Below the pieces are notes generated by a model that saw only the letters and a list, made by a program, of their open reading frames with translations, was not told where the DNA came from and searched no databases. Source: Ascidiella aspersa (taxonomy: Eukaryota). Taken from it: 64,000 bases of DNA. This document shows positions 60,871-64,000 of the stretch, piece after piece. Each line of letters starts with the position of its first letter. Positions within the stretch are counted from its first letter, which is position 1. The stretch spans positions 7,688,001-7,752,000 of the forward strand of contig OZ004608.1 in the NCBI GenBank assembly GCA_963924565.1, given 5' to 3'. Both the position numbers and the translations under genes were made by a program.

Positions 60871-61731
60871 ATGGCTTTAGCGATGGCGGTTCCAAGCCTG
60901 CCCAAGCCTCGCCTTTGCGTATGGGCCGACCTTAGCGTTCACGACACCGAACGACTGTCAAAGTGCGGATCATCGCCGGCGCAAACCCGTGTGATTCTGA
61001 GTCAGATCTTCGCAATCGAGGAGTCGCCGCGTGGACGCATCCTGCTCGACCTATACCTTCACGCTGTACGCTTCGCTTCCTTACGCCGCTTCACCGCCGA
61101 GCAAACGTCAACTTTCTTCTCGATCGTCAAACGCACGCACGACGCTTGCGTGTCGACGCCTTTCGGCAACGTGGACGACTGTTTCGCCTACTTCCGCGAG
61201 CTGGTGCTAACCCACGCCGTTCACCGGCCGCCCTGGAGCCTGGAGATTTTTGACGCCGAGCAAGTAGCGGCGCTCTCCGCCTACGTTTTGGAGCACTACT
61301 TTCGCCACTACAAACTCTACAAGTACGCCTTCACGCCAAAGGTGCGTCTAGACCTGACGCTCACCTACGATGGCCTGCCGCCAACGCCGCCTCCGGAGTT
61401 GGAGGATACAGAGGCCGCCGAGACCGCTGTTGACGAGGCGACGCCGCCAGCCGCCGAAGAAGCGGCTTCCGAGCTTGACGACCGAGGGCGGGATTCCAAC
61501 CCACAAGCCGCGGAACCGGTCGTAAGCGAGAACTTCGACGAGCTCGAGTCGTTAGTGCGCAAGGCTGTGAGCTCGCAGTTAAAGCAGATGCACGCGAATG
61601 TTGAGCAGCAACTTGCGGATACGGACAAGGCGATCAGCGAGAAGATACTCAATCTGGAACAAGGCGGCTCTGCTAGTCCGAAAGGCAAGGGCAGGTCGCC
61701 GAAGACCAGCGCCAAGGGCAAGCGCAAATAA
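60871..61731 (+). CDS. CFAP119: Cilia- and flagella-associated protein 119 (CCDC189), 286 aa, CDS in a single exon
   Basis: Motifs PRLCVW.DL, ILLDLY.HA..F...F..EQTS, HDACVSTPFGNVDDCF.YF, HAVHRPP.S.EIF and YFRHYKLYKYAFTPKVRLDLTLTY match CFAP119/CCDC189. The first in-frame ATG follows an in-frame stop; acceptor ttcttctccacgcag| at 60835. Confidence 0.93.
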   Translation: MALAMAVPSLPKPRLCVWADLSVHDTERLSKCGSSPAQTRVILSQIFAIEESPRGRILLDLYLHAVRFASLRRFTAEQTSTFFSIVKRTHDACVSTPFGNVDDCFAYFRELVLTHAVHRPPWSLEIFDAEQVAALSAYVLEHYFRHYKLYKYAFTPKVRLDLTLTYDGLPPTPPPELEDTEAAETAVDEATPPAAEEAASELDDRGRDSNPQAAEPVVSENFDELESLVRKAVSSQLKQMHANVEQQLADTDKAISEKILNLEQGGSASPKGKGRSPKTSAKGKRK

Positions 61732-62708
61732 TACCGGTTGATACTTCTTATAAATTTGGGTTGTTTATTGCGTTTAAACGAAAGTTGCAATTGTTGTTTT
61801 AACGAACTTGTTCGTTTCTGTTGTTTTTCGTTCTTTGTTTATTTGTTGTGGAGTAAACCAAAGTCGCAGCGTGTGGTGTTAAACTTTAGCCTCGGCGTTA
61901 AACAGTCGAGATATTTAAACACACTTGCATAAAAATGTTGAGGATGCTATAGAATTTAAATCACGAAAGTGGAGCAGAAAATGTATTGCCATAACACTTG
62001 GTAAAACAACCGTTTTTAAGAATCGCGGCAAAAGAAGTATCACAGGTGACACATAAAACATTCAAGGAAAAGGTTTTATGAGCAATAGAGTTTAAAACGA
62101 GTTCATTAAGTAGAAATTCTAGGATACTGCTAATTTACGCCTGGGAAGTTGTTATTGAAACAACAAAATGGAATGTGATTTTTTACATAATGCAGCTAAT
62201 TAAGAAACACCACATCAATTAACAGAAAACCTTGACTTGCAACAACAAAAAAGAGCCAACAGACTTAACTTGAAGAAAAATCAGCAAAAATGACAACCAG
62301 ATAATTTCATTTTCAAGTTTGTGGACTTGTCAACGACAAAAAGTTCAGTGATAATATTATGCTATTTACCTTATACGTTCCCTTTAGGGGTGCATTTGTT
62401 TATTAGGGGCAACTGTCAAGTTATCTTGGTTAGGAAGTGTGCCGCGAATATATTTTTTTATTCATGTGTGTGTAGCAAGCTAAAAAAGTTTCTTTGAACC
62501 ACTGAGCGAGACACTTTACAGTTTAAGCATTGTTTTCGTGTTTACATCTTTACACCCATGCCTAGGAAATGCTGTCACGTTTATTCCAAGTCCATAATAA
62601 CGAATGAAAGGTCTCGGACCAGGACAACGACCAAGACGAAGCTCCTTGTCCAAGTTTGACCATAAAGATGCGCTCCTGCCAACTTCAGTTTCCCGCCGCC
62701 TAAAAGCT

Positions 62709-62899
62709 TCACTCTCCAGCTGGCTCAAACTGTTTAATGAAGTCCACTTCAAGCGGGTGAAGGTTCCCGGCAACCACAAGAGAATGGAGCGGGCGACCCA
62801 AGTCACAGTCAACAAGTCGGCCCAAAGGAGCGGCTACGATCCGCTGGTCGTCCCAGCCAACCCTCGAAAGTGCTACGCACGTTGTTTGGCAGGTTAAAG
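62709..62899 (-). CDS. DPH5: Diphthine methyl ester synthase, last exon
   Basis: TCVALSRVGWDDQRIVAAPL...DLGRPLHSLVVAGNLHPLEVDFI...E*; acceptor ctcttttacag|; TGA at 62709-62711; AATAAA (minus) at 62580-62585. Confidence 0.95.
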
Positions 62900-63386
62900 C
62901 TGTAAAAGAGACGAGGGTAAAGTCGATGAATTTGAATTGCGACGGGACAATATAGTGAGTAAAGGGAACCGAGTAAAAAAATAAACTTGTTTTAAATTAT
63001 ACTTTGTTTTTCAAATTTAAACTTGTTTTTACCGGGCATGGACGAACTTAGGCCCGCTGAGTCTTTACAAGTAAACTGGCAGATGGTTCATGACTTAAAC
63101 CACTGTGATCTTGATTATGGTTATTCTTTTCTTAAATTGTTAGTACAAACGTTGGTTAGGGTAGGCCATCGAAGGGTTGCCACACAATTTTACGAAAAAT
63201 ATAGACATTTAAATATCTTTCAAGAAATTTGTAGGTTTTTAAAGACTCAAAATTGGATCGCTTTAGGTACTTTAAAAATACTTACCGAAAAATTTGAATT
63301 TAACAAGTAACATTACTGAAAGCTATTTAACACCAGGTGAGTTACATTGATCTTAGCTCGTTTATTAAGGTTTTCGAAATATTTAC

Positions 63387-63490
63387 CTGGTTTTTCCCCA
63401 TTTTCAGTTTTCCTTTCAATAATTTTGAGCAATTGAGAGCAAGCTGTATTGGCAGTCATGTACCTGGGAGGTTCATATACTTTTCTTCCT
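63387..63490 (-). CDS. DPH5: Diphthine methyl ester synthase, penultimate exon (gene continues beyond the window)
   Basis: GRKVYEPPRYMTANTACSQLLKII; tttttttaag| and CCAG|gtaaat, in phase with the last exon. Confidence 0.95.
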
Positions 63491-64000
63491 CTTAAAAAAA
63501 GAATAAACTCTATTAAAGCACAATACACTGTTTACAAAGCAATAAGTAGTAAATAAATTATAAAACATGATGAAATCAACTCATGTATTCAAGAATTAAA
63601 AATCTTACAAATGATGTAAAAAGACTAAAAAATGTTCATACATATGTTAATAATTTCCTATATACAACTTAGAGGTTAAACCAGTAATTTAAGATGTAGG
63701 ATGTATATGATAGATAACATTTTTATCAAATATTTTTTTTAAGGGTATTTATAATTGGATTCCTTTTTACGAAGAAACCTAGAATAAGCTTAATGCTGTG
63801 CATTAGGGTTGTTAAAAAAAACACTTTTTTGTCAAATTTCAGTGGGGAATTGTTAGGTTGCATCTGAAAAGCCCACAAACCAAATCTGAGCACGTTTGGT
63901 TCAGTATTGACCGTGCTACGTCAATTTGAAAATTCAGATTTGGGCTAAAATTTAAAAAAAAAAAAATTGTCCTCCCCTAAAAGTTTTTTTTTCTTCTTTT

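Noticed and set aside
60963-61790. Overlapping ORFs 60963-61253 (+) and 61365-61790 (-)
   Set aside because: Alternative-frame and antisense shadows of the GC-rich CFAP119 CDS.
62516-62897. ORFs 62516-62815 (-) and 62604-62897 (+)
   Set aside because: Wrong-frame and antisense shadows of the DPH5 last exon.

Overview
Eukaryotic (animal) genomic DNA: AT-rich, with GT-AG introns and many short hAT-type MITEs. An invertebrate chordate such as an ascidian is my guess, not a demonstrated assignment. Four genes are supported. (1) A complete multi-exon RFX1/2/3-class transcription factor gene on the minus strand, CDS 27241-54933. It can be spliced by hand into one open frame of about 776 aa, with three candidate alternative first coding exons and one candidate symmetric cassette exon. 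(2) CFAP119/CCDC189 on the plus strand, with an intronless CDS at 60871-61731. (3) The last two exons of DPH5 on the minus strand, convergent with CFAP119. (4) A small two-exon gene I do not recognise (CDS 23101-23373, minus) encoding a 90-aa protein with a signal peptide, twin C-x3-C-x3-C motifs and a GPI-like tail. It sits between diverged direct repeats, with a tandem array upstream. Bases 1-22000 contain no credible gene and look like a cis-regulatory desert. Notable signals: X-box clusters inside the RFX gene and between RFX and CFAP119 (possible autoregulation and a shared divergent promoter); swappable RFX N-termini (a Y/Q-rich exon versus one with a CtBP-like motif); RFX introns built from local duplications that copy splice sites; and one hairpin MITE family repeatedly found just downstream of splice donors. 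No CRISPR array or rRNA was seen.
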